DNA from: an uncultured Veillonellaceae bacterium | GTDB taxonomy: Bacteria > Bacillota > Negativicutes > JARBTT01 | Assembly: GCA_963805085.1 (NCBI GenBank) | Contig: CAWDTA010000002.1 | Span: 2,048,001-2,112,000, forward strand | DNA: 64,000 bases | Direction: 5' to 3' | In this document: in pieces, positions 1 through 10,227 of the stretch | Numbering within the stretch: the first letter of the stretch is position 1 | Layout of the letters: each line of letters opens with the position of its first letter | Notes under the pieces: model-generated | The model's database searches: none | What the model saw: the letters and a program-made list of their open reading frames with translations, nothing else | What the model was told of the DNA's origin: nothing | Position numbers and translations under genes: made by a program

Positions 1-1159
1 CACGTTTATTTTTTGTACACTCATCTTTATGTGAGCAAGTCTTGCAGGCTTTACTTCGATAGAGTTTTTCTCTTGCATCATTTTTGCTTACATTGCATAG
101 AATTTGACCTTGAGGACAAACGTAATGATCATTCTCTGAATCGTACTTAAAGTTATCCAAAATATAATTTGAATTTCCTGTAGTCGAAGGTGGCTTTTGT
201 TTAGATACAATTGTAATTATGTTTTCTTTTTCACATTTTTCGAGGCATTGTCCGGTATAGTAACCTTTATCAGCTAATACAGTTATTTCTTCTACATTAA
301 GTATTTGCTTTGCTTGTGTTGCCATTGCATAAAGTTGCCCTTGATCAGCCGGATTATTGATAACATCTGCAGCAATGATTATGTGATTTTTCGCATCAAC
401 AGCAGTTTGCATATTATATGCCACATCAAATCCCATATTATTAGCACCCATAAGTCTAGCATCTTTATCTGTCAAAGACATTTCTCCGTTTTGCCTAACC
501 TGTTGTTTGATTTCGACCAAATCATGAATACGCTGTGTCGCATTAGCTAATTTTTCTCGTATTTCTTCCTTGTTATAAGTAATGGTACTACTGCTATCGT
601 TTTAATCGTTATTTTCTAATAGCTCCAAATAGCGTTGAGCAGCTTGTTCAAAATATGCTAACATTTTTTCAATTTTACCTTTGGTCAAATTTTTCTTACG
701 AGCGTTATTAGCTCGAAATTTACTGCCGTCTATAGCGACGATTTCTTTACCCAATAGACCAAGATCATTACATAAGAAAGAAAAATGCTTAAAGATATTT
801 TTTAGTAAAGATATATTATCCTTCCTAAAGTCAGCAATAGTACGATAATCCGGCTTTAGCTCTTGAATCAACCACATCAATTCTATATTTCTTTTACACT
901 CATTTTCTAGTTTACGCGAAGTTCTTATGCCATTGAAATATCCATAAAGATACAACTTAAGCATATCAGCAGGATTATATGGTTTACGTCCTGTAGCTTT
1001 TGTGATTGCATATTTAAATCCAAATTCGTTTAAATTCAAAGTGTCGACAAAGGCATCTAATACACGTACTGGATTGTCTTCGCTTATCATTTCATCAGAT
1101 GACATAGGTATAAGATTGATTTGATTTCTGTTAGTGTTATTAGAAATATACCGTCCCAT
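1..1159 (-). pseudogene. IS1182-family DDE transposase with one in-frame stop; runs off the window start
   Basis: N-terminal GRKPYNP..LKLYLYGY..SRKLE..PDYRTIADFRK and AIDGSKF motifs. After the TAA at 602-604 the same frame continues (TDKDARLM..YNMQTAVD..LADKGY..YVCPQG) to the window edge. Confidence 0.9.
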
Positions 1160-1242
1160 AATTCACCTCAAAGCATGAAATATTATAATCTTATTATAAC
1201 ATTTCAGCTATTAATATCGCTCTATCGTTTTCGCACAGTCTG
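1..1242 (-). mobile_element. IS1182-family element; left end near 1242
   Basis: Terminal GTTTTCGCACAGTCT at about 1227-1241, upstream of the transposase. Confidence 0.7.
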
Positions 1243-1295
1243 ACGTCCCTGACTGTCCACTGACTGTCCAAAAAGGAACGTCCCTTAGTGTCTTC
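1243..1295. repeat. Short REP-like repeats (ACGTCCCTGACTGTCCAC-TGACTGTCCA..GGAACGTCCCTTAGTGTCTTCC)
   Basis: ACGTCCCT and TGACTGTCCA are each duplicated between the IS end and a truncated GNAT gene. Confidence 0.55.
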
Positions 1296-1298
1296 CTA

Positions 1299-1536
1299 GT
1301 GGATGATAAACTTGAAATGCTGTTTATTAATCCTGTATCGCGTGGCAATGGTATAGGCAAAGAGTCGCTTATTTATGTGATAGAGCAGCAAAAAGTGAAA
1401 CGAGTAGATGTTAATGAGCAGAATGTTCAGGCGGCTGAATTTTATAAGAACATGGGGTTTGGTGTCCGTAAATCGTTCTGAATTTGATGGTGCCGGGAAG
1501 CATTATCCTATCTTGCACATGGAGTTGAAATGCTAA
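1299..1536 (+). pseudogene. YjaB-like GNAT acetyltransferase remnant (5'-truncated, frameshifted)
   Basis: LEMLF..RGNGIGK..VDVNEQN..FYKNMGF. The C-terminus RSEFDGAGKHYPILHMEL lies in another frame and ends at TAA 1536. Confidence 0.8.
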
Positions 1537-1559
1537 CGAGCTAAATTTTAAATGGTAAA

Positions 1560-1587
1560 TAGACAGAGAGAACCGTCAATTTGTATA
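1560..1587 (-). repeat. Border palindrome R, copy 1 (inverted)
   Basis: Reverse complement is TATACAAATTGACGGTTCTCTCTGTCTA. Confidence 0.75.
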
Positions 1588-2202
1588 TTTGGTTAAAGTC
1601 ACAAAAACCACTAGTTACCTGAGTTTGAAGGGGAGTTGGTGGTTTTTTTTGTGCTCTTGAGAAGGAAATTTTCACCTCTACCATGTAAAACACGGCTTAT
1701 GAAGGAGGTAAATAAAAACTCTTGATTATTCTTTAACGCTTCCTTTTAAAGCGTTAAAGAAAGTGGATTTTGTATGATTAATAATATATTTACAAAATAA
1801 AAAGTGAGAGTTGAGGTCTTTATTGACTTAGGTTCTTACTTTTTTATGTGACTATTTGATGAATACTCTAGGGCAAACTGAGCCAGCGTGGCTCAGTTCA
1901 AAAACGGAATAGTGGATCCGCCACACCGAGATATGCATTTGATGAAAAATCTAGAAATTGAGTGAAAGTCACGTAGACCTGGTCGTTATTTTAAGATTAG
2001 AATTATTGTCTCATAATTTTCTAATGAGTTGTGGTCTAATTGCTATTGGGATTATATAGGAATAATATTACAAAGTTACAAGTAGAGATTATAATTAAAA
2101 TATGAACTTAGATAATATATTGAATGAATTTTACATATAAAGTAAATATTGTACAATACTTACAATGCAAATAAACTGAAAAATATATAAAGAGGTGTTT
2201 AA

Positions 2203-3066
2203 ATGAGTAGTAAGTACAAAGCAAGTATAATAATTCCAACATACAATCGAAGGCATTTGCTGACCTTAACGTTAAAGTCACTCTGTCAACAAACCTTACC
2301 AAAAGAAGATTTCGAAGTAATCATAGTAGATGATGGTTCTACCGATGATACTAAAGAAGTAGTTGCTGATTTCTCAAATTCGTTAAATACAAAGTATATT
2401 TATCAAGAGAAAGATGGATTTAGAGTTGCTGCTGCGAGAAATAAAGGTATATTAAGTTCCGAGGGTAATATATGTATTTTTATAGATTGTGGAATTTTAT
2501 TAGGAACTACTGGTGTGGAAAAAAACGTTATATGTCACAGGTCAGACAATGAGAAAGCAGTTTTAGGATATATTTACGGTTTTGATGAATATAATGAAAA
2601 CGAAAAATATTTGTTAGATTTGAATATTGATCCCTTTAATGTTGATCAATATTTTGAAAGACTTCAAAACGATCGAATACTTGATTACAGAGACGACGTA
2701 TACCAAGAAATTGGAGATGATTTAACAACTTGGTCTGCCCCATGGTCTATATTTTTTACGGGATATGTTTCTGTCAAAAGAGATACTCTTATAAGGGTTG
2801 GTATGTTTGATGAGAGTTATACAACTTGGGGATGTGAAGACACTGATTTGGGTCTTTCCTTATATACAAATGGCGTTCAAATAGTTCTAGAACGTGATCT
2901 AAAATGTATTCATTATCCTCATGAAAAATCGAGATTCTCGGTTGGCGAAGATGCTATAAAAAAGAAAAAAGAATACTTGCATAAAAAATATAATTTAAAA
3001 TCTACCGAATTAGCTTTAACAACCCCAAGTCGTCAATTAAACCAGTTAATGTTTAAAAGTGTGTAG
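2203..3066 (+). CDS. GT2 glycosyltransferase
   Basis: SIIIPTYNR, IVDDGSTD, AAARNKG and GMFDESYTTWGCEDTDLG motifs; RBS GAGGTG. Confidence 0.9.
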   Translation: MSSKYKASIIIPTYNRRHLLTLTLKSLCQQTLPKEDFEVIIVDDGSTDDTKEVVADFSNSLNTKYIYQEKDGFRVAAARNKGILSSEGNICIFIDCGILLGTTGVEKNVICHRSDNEKAVLGYIYGFDEYNENEKYLLDLNIDPFNVDQYFERLQNDRILDYRDDVYQEIGDDLTTWSAPWSIFFTGYVSVKRDTLIRVGMFDESYTTWGCEDTDLGLSLYTNGVQIVLERDLKCIHYPHEKSRFSVGEDAIKKKKEYLHKKYNLKSTELALTTPSRQLNQLMFKSV

Positions 3067-3296
3067 ACTTATAGGATATATTAAGTTCTTAGGGGCTTCT
3101 AAAGCTTTCGAATCTAATGATACTTATGCTAGTAAATTATAATATATTTAGAGAAAAAAATTTAATGGAAACTACTAAGTAGAGTCTATGAATTTAAATG
3201 TCAAAAAAATTATAGCATTCTCAATTTACTGCGAATGCTTATAAGATTAAAAAATATGAGCTATATTTTTTTATTAGCTCTCTCTGGAGGATAAAA

Positions 3297-4154
3297 ATGT
3301 CGTTATTTACTATGAAACAACTCTTAGACGATGCGTATCAAAATCATTATGCTATTCCAGCATTCAATTTTGATAACTTTGAATTATTAGTGGGGGTTTT
3401 TCGCGGGGCGGAGGAAGCGCAGACACCTGTGATCATTCAAATTACGGAACCTGCAATAGAATGGTTAACTTTGAAAAATGTAGTATCTGTTGTAAAAAAT
3501 GAGGTAGAACGGTGCGGTTTACCTGTTGCGCTACATCTTGACCATGCAAGTAATTTCGATTTAATAAAATCATGTGTAAAAGCTGGATTTACCTCAGTAA
3601 TGATTGACTATTCTGATAAGGATATAAAGCAAAATATGGAGATGACTCGACAAGTAGTTGATTTTGCTAAGAAATTTAATGTATCAGTTGAGTCTGAGGT
3701 CGGTGTAGTATCAAATATTAATGAAACTAAAGAACTAAGTAATGACTTTACTAGTTTTGATCAAGCAATTGATTTTTGCCAATATACTCAAATTGACGTA
3801 TTAGGTATTTCAATAGGTAATACACACGGGATGAAAAATAGAACAGCTAGTCTAGATATAGAAAGACTAATACGTATAAATGATAAACTTCAAAAGCCTC
3901 TAGCACTTCATGGAAGTTCAGGTGTAAAGGAAGACGACCTTGTTAAGGCTACTAAATTTGGTGTTACAAAAGTAAATATAGAGACTGAATTAAGGGTAGC
4001 ATTTAAAAAAGCAATTGAAGAAATATTTAGAGATAAACCTAATGAAATAAAACCCAGAAATATTATGGCACAAGTACGCCAACGTATCAGTGAACACGTT
4101 ATCGAACATTATAAGCTGTTAAATTCATATGGCAAATGTGCAAATTTTAAGTAA
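3297..4154 (+). CDS. Class II fructose/tagatose-bisphosphate aldolase family protein
   Basis: YAIPAFN, ALHLDH, GFTSVMID, IGNTHG, LALHGSSG and KVNI motifs. Confidence 0.92.
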   Translation: MSLFTMKQLLDDAYQNHYAIPAFNFDNFELLVGVFRGAEEAQTPVIIQITEPAIEWLTLKNVVSVVKNEVERCGLPVALHLDHASNFDLIKSCVKAGFTSVMIDYSDKDIKQNMEMTRQVVDFAKKFNVSVESEVGVVSNINETKELSNDFTSFDQAIDFCQYTQIDVLGISIGNTHGMKNRTASLDIERLIRINDKLQKPLALHGSSGVKEDDLVKATKFGVTKVNIETELRVAFKKAIEEIFRDKPNEIKPRNIMAQVRQRISEHVIEHYKLLNSYGKCANFK

Positions 4155-4233
4155 TATGTTTTTGAAAGCAAGTAGTGAAAAGTACCATGGAGTTTTTCCA
4201 ACAACATAAAATTTGATTTTTATAATTTAAGGA

Positions 4234-4602
4234 GTGGATGAGATGGAAGCGATAACTAATGAAATCAATAATATTCAAGATTTATGCTTGGATATATATG
4301 GGCGATATGATATAGATAAATCTATGTTATGGATGGCGGAAGAATTTGGAGAGGTGATAGCTGCAATACGAAAGGGAAAAAGTAAAGATGATATATGCGG
4401 TGAAATAGGTGATCTAACGGCATGGATAATTTCAATATGTAATATTTTAGATATTAGCTTATCTACTGCTTTAAAAGGGACTTTTAAAAAAGAGGTAAAT
4501 AGGCAGTTGCGGACTTATGGAAAACTTAAATATGCACAAAATGAAGCAGCTAAAATTCTTCTGTTAGATATGTTTAATAATTATAAAGAAAAGAGTGTAT
4601 AA
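4234..4602 (+). CDS. MazG-like all-alpha NTP pyrophosphohydrolase
   Basis: WMAEEFGEV..AIRK..EIGDL (EExxE...ExxD) motif. Confidence 0.85.
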   Translation: MDEMEAITNEINNIQDLCLDIYGRYDIDKSMLWMAEEFGEVIAAIRKGKSKDDICGEIGDLTAWIISICNILDISLSTALKGTFKKEVNRQLRTYGKLKYAQNEAAKILLLDMFNNYKEKSV

Positions 4603-4605
4603 GCA

Positions 4606-5199
4606 TTGATTAATATAGGACTAGCTAAGGGTGTTGTTAAAAGCAAATCGCTTAAACTAATAGAAGAATTGGTAGGTGAAAAAACAGATAAAAATAAACT
4701 CAGCTTTTGTAATGAAGATTTTAGCACTTTTTTACTCAAGCACAGGGATATTCCCCAATTAATTGAAAAGGGGATCATTGATATAGGTATTACCTCAGAA
4801 GAGTGGATTGAGGAAAATGGAAGCTGCGTAGATATAATTGAAAAATTAGACTGGTGTGATACAAGAGTAAGTTTAATAAGTCCAGTGGAAAGTTCAGTTT
4901 TGGCAGGTGATCATCCTATTCATTGTGTTACCGAGTTTCCCAAAATTGCCGAGAAGTTCTTTAAAACGATAAATAGGAGTGATGTAAAAATTGAATTTAT
5001 ATCGGGCTCTTCGGAAGCGCTCGTCCCACGATTGTATGATTGTTGTATAGATTGTGTTGAAACAGGGAGTACACTAAAACTTCATAATCTTTATGAAGAG
5101 TACGTAATATTTAAATCCAAAATTGTATTAGTAACTAACATTAAAATTAAAAACAAAAATCAAGATATGATAGAAAGAATTAAGGATATAATCAAATAA
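4606..5199 (+). CDS. hisG: Short-form ATP phosphoribosyltransferase (HisG-like), outside a his operon
   Basis: LAKG, HRDIP, DIGIT, TEFP, GSSEA and IDCVETGSTL motifs; no C-terminal ACT domain. Confidence 0.8.
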   Translation: MINIGLAKGVVKSKSLKLIEELVGEKTDKNKLSFCNEDFSTFLLKHRDIPQLIEKGIIDIGITSEEWIEENGSCVDIIEKLDWCDTRVSLISPVESSVLAGDHPIHCVTEFPKIAEKFFKTINRSDVKIEFISGSSEALVPRLYDCCIDCVETGSTLKLHNLYEEYVIFKSKIVLVTNIKIKNKNQDMIERIKDIIK

Positions 5200-5208
5200 A
5201 GGATAAAG

Positions 5209-6543
5209 GTGTATGATGTGCAGTCATTAAGAGAGGTTGCTGCTGATGTAATAGAAAAGATTGTAATTAAAAGTTACCCCTTTTTATCTCTTGGTAAACC
5301 TATATCGTTAATAATGGATCAATTCGCTACCAAAGAATATGATCGTTTATTACAAGCAGCATTAAATATTGGTTATAGTATACAGGTTCTTTCGGTAGAA
5401 GGAGAAAGAGATGGAGTATTCTGTTCGGAAATGCAAACGTTTGAGGAAAGTTCAAAAAAACCAAACTTAATTATAGTTGTTGACCCCATAGATGGGACCC
5501 TTACCGGCTCTCGAGGTGGGGCTAGATGTTTATCTGTTATAGGTATATCTGAAAATAAAAAGGGAAAGTCGTTTAAAAAATTACCTGATTGTCTATCGTG
5601 TTTCTCTGTGGGAAGTCAAGAAAATAACAAATTTCTAGAACATCTCTGTGTGAATGGAAATAAGATAGGCTTGAATAATTTTGAAAAGGACTTTATGACA
5701 CTTAATATTTCTACGTTACATAGGGCGGAGACGAAAGAACTTTTTTCTAACTTATTAGGTTTAAGCGTAGAAGAATTCGAAAAGAAGTATAGATTTTCAA
5801 TTGGTGAAAGAACATTATATAGGCCTAATCTGGCATATAAAATGATTATCTTTGTGGGGGATACTTCTGTTTCTTTACCTTTAGAAACTAAAAATTTTAT
5901 AGGAAGAACAGGTATTGCAGAAGCAAGATTAGAGTCTAGTATGTGGAAATATTGGAGAGGTTTAATAGTATCGGGAAGTAAAATGAAACGGTATGAAGGC
6001 GGGCCAATTAAATATCTTATTGATAGAATGAATTGCGCCAACAATCAAAAAGATATAGATATAACGAGTTTGTTTGAAGAAAGTGAAATGAAAGCGATGC
6101 TGAACTATGGATGGAAATTAGGTGAGATTGCTTCCTTTTTAGAAAAGGATGAATTTACACCAGAATTTAAGTTGATATGCATTGCTTCCATTTCAGGAAC
6201 ACGTGATAGATATTTGAAATCAATGCAACTCGGGAATCTTAAGCCTTGCATGTTTATTCCGGAGAAAAACTCTATACTTTATGAGACTTGGATTGTCGAA
6301 GATGGTCTTCTGAAAAAGGAAAAAAAGGAATGCATAATTAATACCATCAATGATGATAAATGGTCAAAGTATATATTAGATTGGTATAAAAAGGGAAGTT
6401 GGTCAGAAGTGTTTGCTAGGGCTAGCAAACACATTGAAAATAGTTCTGATCAATATCAGGTATTAAATTTTTTGGCTAGGTTAGAAAGAGGAGAAAGCTT
6501 GACGAAAAAGGATGTTAAATATGCTTACAATGAGTTGCAGTGA
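5209..6543 (+). CDS. Divergent GlpX-like (FIG superfamily) sugar-bisphosphate phosphatase
   Basis: VEGERDG and VVDPIDGT resemble GlpX GEGERDE / AVDPxEGT; the rest is divergent. Confidence 0.6.
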   Translation: MYDVQSLREVAADVIEKIVIKSYPFLSLGKPISLIMDQFATKEYDRLLQAALNIGYSIQVLSVEGERDGVFCSEMQTFEESSKKPNLIIVVDPIDGTLTGSRGGARCLSVIGISENKKGKSFKKLPDCLSCFSVGSQENNKFLEHLCVNGNKIGLNNFEKDFMTLNISTLHRAETKELFSNLLGLSVEEFEKKYRFSIGERTLYRPNLAYKMIIFVGDTSVSLPLETKNFIGRTGIAEARLESSMWKYWRGLIVSGSKMKRYEGGPIKYLIDRMNCANNQKDIDITSLFEESEMKAMLNYGWKLGEIASFLEKDEFTPEFKLICIASISGTRDRYLKSMQLGNLKPCMFIPEKNSILYETWIVEDGLLKKEKKECIINTINDDKWSKYILDWYKKGSWSEVFARASKHIENSSDQYQVLNFLARLERGESLTKKDVKYAYNELQ

Positions 6544-7363
6544 ATTAAATGAACTGGAAAAGCTGGCTGTAGAACTACGTATTTTAATACTTAAAATGAT
6601 AGAAAAAAGTGGATCTGGTCATATAGGGGGTTCTTATTCCTGTCTTGAAATTTTAATAGCGCTATATAAAAAAATTATGAAACAGGATAGTAAAAATGCT
6701 AATTGGCAGAAGAGAGATCGATTTATTTTGAGTAAAGGCCACGCGGAAAGCGCTTTATATGCAGTCTTATACTCGGAAGGATACTTTCCGGCTAAATACA
6801 CTGAGACAATGAGAAAAATCGGATTTCCACTACAGGGTCATCCAAGTGCAAAATGGCTTAATGGCGTTGACTATTCAACGGGCTCACTTGGTCAGGGGTT
6901 GTCTTTTGGTGTAGGACAGGCTATTTGTGGAAAGAAACAAGGATTCAATGTATTTGTGATAGTTGGAGATGGTGAATTGCAAGAAGGTCAGATATGGGAA
7001 GCAGCTTTAACTGCGCCTAAATTCGAATTGAACAACTTGACTGTTTTTGTTGATTGTAATAAATTTCAACTAGAAAGTCCAACGCAAGTTACGGGTAATA
7101 TCGAAACGCTAGATCGAATGTGGAGTAGTCTGGGATGGGATGTTGTTCGAGTAAATGGTCATGATTTTATGGATATTGTTAACACATGCAGTAAATACCA
7201 GGATAGGCCAAGGATAATTTTAGCTGCGACGATAAAAGGTAAGGGTGTTTCATTTATGGAGAACAACAATGAGTATCATGGTAAAGGCTTAAGTAATAAG
7301 GAAATACAATTAGCTTTTATCGAATTATCGAAACATTATAATGAATTGTTGCGGAAGGATTAG
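6512..7363 (+). CDS. Transketolase N-terminal subunit
   Basis: SGHIGGS, RDRFILSKGH, STGSLGQG, GDGELQEG and TIKGKGVSFME motifs. Confidence 0.93.
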   Translation: MLNMLTMSCSELNELEKLAVELRILILKMIEKSGSGHIGGSYSCLEILIALYKKIMKQDSKNANWQKRDRFILSKGHAESALYAVLYSEGYFPAKYTETMRKIGFPLQGHPSAKWLNGVDYSTGSLGQGLSFGVGQAICGKKQGFNVFVIVGDGELQEGQIWEAALTAPKFELNNLTVFVDCNKFQLESPTQVTGNIETLDRMWSSLGWDVVRVNGHDFMDIVNTCSKYQDRPRIILAATIKGKGVSFMENNNEYHGKGLSNKEIQLAFIELSKHYNELLRKD

Positions 7364-7364
7364 G

Positions 7365-8297
7365 GTGAAAAAATTGGAGGCACTTAGAGATGCAATAGGT
7401 ACACAATTGGTTAATCTGGGGAAAAAAATTAACAAATTAGTAGTTATTGATTGTGATATGGCTAAACATACAAGACTAAGTAATTTCTTTACAAATTTCC
7501 CTGAGCGAGGTTATCAGGTAGGGATTTGTGAACAAAATGCTATAAGCGTTGCAGCTGGAATCGCTAGTTGTGGTGATATACCGCTAGTTTCATCCTTTAG
7601 TGCTTTTATTGCAACACGATGTTGGGAGCAAATAAGACATAGTATAGCGTATAACAATACTAATGTAAAAATATTGGCAACTCATGGGGGATTATCCGCT
7701 GCAGAAGATGGAGGATCTCATCAATGCTTGGAAGACTTTGCTTTAATGAATGTATTACCTAACATGGTAGTGTTAGTTCCAGCAGATCCAGAAGAAGCAA
7801 GACAAGCAATAACTTTTGCGTTAGAGTATACTGGTCCTGTTTATATAAGAATAGGAAGAGATGCTGTAGATACTATTATGCCTAATCATTACAAATTTGA
7901 ACTGGGCAAGGCAATATGTTTAAGTGATGGGGAAGAAGTTGCAATCATTTCGACAGGAGAAATTACTCAAGAAGTTATAAAAGCAAAAGAATTATTAAAA
8001 GAACATAACTTAAATATAAAGGTAATACACGTTCCGTGTTTAAAACCAATCGATTTTTCAACCCTCACATCGTTGGTTGGAGATAGTAAATATATAGTTA
8101 CAGTAGAAGAACACTCTATATATGGTGGGCTAGGAGCCATTATTGCTACTAACTTTTTAGGGGAAATAACCCCTCTAAAGTTTAAAAGCATTGGCATGGA
8201 AACATTCGGAGAAAGCGGGAAAAGTGGAGAGTTAAAGGGAAAATATGGTTTAGATTGTATCGGAATTGCAAAAACTATATTGGAGTTATTGGTTTAA
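7365..8297 (+). CDS. Transketolase C-terminal subunit
   Basis: GICEQN, DGGSHQ, GPVYIR and VEEHSIYGGLG motifs; GTG start right after the N-subunit stop. Confidence 0.92.
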   Translation: MKKLEALRDAIGTQLVNLGKKINKLVVIDCDMAKHTRLSNFFTNFPERGYQVGICEQNAISVAAGIASCGDIPLVSSFSAFIATRCWEQIRHSIAYNNTNVKILATHGGLSAAEDGGSHQCLEDFALMNVLPNMVVLVPADPEEARQAITFALEYTGPVYIRIGRDAVDTIMPNHYKFELGKAICLSDGEEVAIISTGEITQEVIKAKELLKEHNLNIKVIHVPCLKPIDFSTLTSLVGDSKYIVTVEEHSIYGGLGAIIATNFLGEITPLKFKSIGMETFGESGKSGELKGKYGLDCIGIAKTILELLV

Positions 8298-8375
8298 CTT
8301 GTGGAAAAGCCTCTAACAGTATACTTGCGTTATCTTAGTCAGGGGTATGTTCATAAAAAAGACGGAGGAAATATA

Positions 8376-8978
8376 ATGTTTAACATTAGTAATATCGTAA
8401 CATACGATAATCTTAATCCTATTGAAAAAATTGAAGCGATTTACGAAGATAATACGTTTAAATATACATATAAATTGGAATTTAACAATCAACAGGAAGA
8501 ATTAGATTTAAGAGAAGTAATTCTTCTTAGTTTATATTCAATAGATACAATGCTAAAAAATGAAGGAGGAGCCCAATATAATTATTATATTAAAGATGAC
8601 AACTCTATAAAATACTTAATTGAGAATGCTTTTAATATAGTTATTGATAAAACTTTATTTTTACAAAGCCTTTTTGTATTAGACGAAGCAAAGTTAATAT
8701 ACAGATTTACTTGTGCAAAAAAATTCCAAGAGAACAATCTTACCTTAAAGCAATTAAGAATTAATAGTTGGGGAAACGAATATATTAAAGTTCATGACTT
8801 GATAGGAAAAAGAAGAAGTATAATTGCAAATTTATGCTTAACAGCTAAAAGACATTATAATGAAAAGGAAATGTTATATGACAGACTTATGCAATTGTTA
8901 CTTTCAGATATTAACGAACATGTCAGTAAAGAAATTAGAAATATAAATGAAAATTTAAATATAAAGCTATTATCTTAA
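8376..8978 (+). CDS. Hypothetical protein within the cluster
   Basis: About 200-aa ORF with RBS GGAGG before ATG 8376; no motif recognised. Confidence 0.7.
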   Translation: MFNISNIVTYDNLNPIEKIEAIYEDNTFKYTYKLEFNNQQEELDLREVILLSLYSIDTMLKNEGGAQYNYYIKDDNSIKYLIENAFNIVIDKTLFLQSLFVLDEAKLIYRFTCAKKFQENNLTLKQLRINSWGNEYIKVHDLIGKRRSIIANLCLTAKRHYNEKEMLYDRLMQLLLSDINEHVSKEIRNINENLNIKLLS

Positions 8979-9141
8979 AGTATTTGTTCTACTGAAGGGA
9001 TTGCTTCTTCAAAAAAATAACATTTATGACAAAAATAAATAGGATTTTTAATAAAGATGTAGAAATGTAATAAAATCATACTAAATACTGTTGGTATAAT
9101 AACTGGAACTAAAAAGTTAAATGATAAAAGGAGTTTTAAAC

Positions 9142-10173
9142 ATGAGTGAAAATTTGAAATATGACGTAAACATTGACTTAGCAAATAAAACGAAACAAGA
9201 GTTAGCAGAACATCTAGAAACTGCTGATAGAAGAGTGCTTAATAAAATTGGCGCATTTTCAGCTTTATATGAAATTAACTTTCCCGAATATAATGAACCC
9301 GTTCTTGTAATGAAGACAGAGGAACCTGGTTCTAAACAATTGATAGCTATGCAATATGATAGGATCGAAAGCGTATGTTATGACATGATAAATCATCTTA
9401 TTAATGATTGCATTGTAATGGGTGCAAAGCCGTTAACTGTTCAAGATGCTATTATTTGTGGGAAGATGGATAGTGATATTATAAAAAGATGTGTAAAAGC
9501 TATGGCAGAAGCTTGTAAACAACAAGATTGCGTTTTAACAGGCGGAGAAACCTCAGAGCAACCGAGAGTAATTGAAAATGGAACTTATATTTTAACCTCG
9601 AGCATAGTTGGTATTGTTGAAAAAAGTAAAATAATTGATGGTTCTAAGATAAAAGAAGGGGATGTTGTATTAGGGTTAGAGTCCAGTGGAATTCATACAA
9701 ATGGATACACGTTAGTTAGAGCAATAATTGATAACCATCCGAGTATAAAAGAGAAGCGCATAGGTGGAAGGAATCTTATAGATGCTATATTAGAGCCCCA
9801 TAGGTGTTACTATAAAACCATTAAAGATCTCTTTAAGGGAGATAGTATAACAGGACTTGCACATATAACTGGTGGTGGTATTAAAGAGAATCTCAATCGA
9901 ATATTGCCCGAAGGTTTAGATGCGGAAGTTGATCTTTTAAAGTATATTATTAGTGATTTATTTAAGGTTTTGAAAACTGTTGGAAATATAGAAGATGACG
10001 AAATGCTAAGAACATTCAATATGGGAATAGGGCTGGTTATTGTTACAGGTGAAAGAGATAGAGACGCGATTATTAAACATTGTACTGAGCAAGGAGTTCC
10101 TTGTTTTGAAATCGGAAAGATAATTAAGGGAAATAAAAAAGTTATCACTACAGGTCAGTTTAGTTGGGATTAA
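9142..10173 (+). CDS. purM: AIR synthetase (PurM)-like protein, divergent
   Basis: GAFSAL, GAKPL, GGETSEQP, SSGIHTNGY, AHITGGG and RTFNMGIG motifs. Confidence 0.88.
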   Translation: MSENLKYDVNIDLANKTKQELAEHLETADRRVLNKIGAFSALYEINFPEYNEPVLVMKTEEPGSKQLIAMQYDRIESVCYDMINHLINDCIVMGAKPLTVQDAIICGKMDSDIIKRCVKAMAEACKQQDCVLTGGETSEQPRVIENGTYILTSSIVGIVEKSKIIDGSKIKEGDVVLGLESSGIHTNGYTLVRAIIDNHPSIKEKRIGGRNLIDAILEPHRCYYKTIKDLFKGDSITGLAHITGGGIKENLNRILPEGLDAEVDLLKYIISDLFKVLKTVGNIEDDEMLRTFNMGIGLVIVTGERDRDAIIKHCTEQGVPCFEIGKIIKGNKKVITTGQFSWD

Positions 10174-10227
10174 AATTAAGTTTGCACATAAAAATATCTG
10201 ACTAAATATTTTTCAGGAGGTTTTTTT

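Noticed and set aside
1868-1910. c-di-GMP-I riboswitch (GGGCAAAC followed by a stem)
   Set aside because: It lacks the GAAA tetraloop and the downstream GACGCAAAG-type element; it would need an Infernal hit.
4606-10173. Ordinary his/pur biosynthetic operon
   Set aside because: Only one gene of each pathway is present, both divergent and mixed with sugar-phosphate and glycosyltransferase genes.
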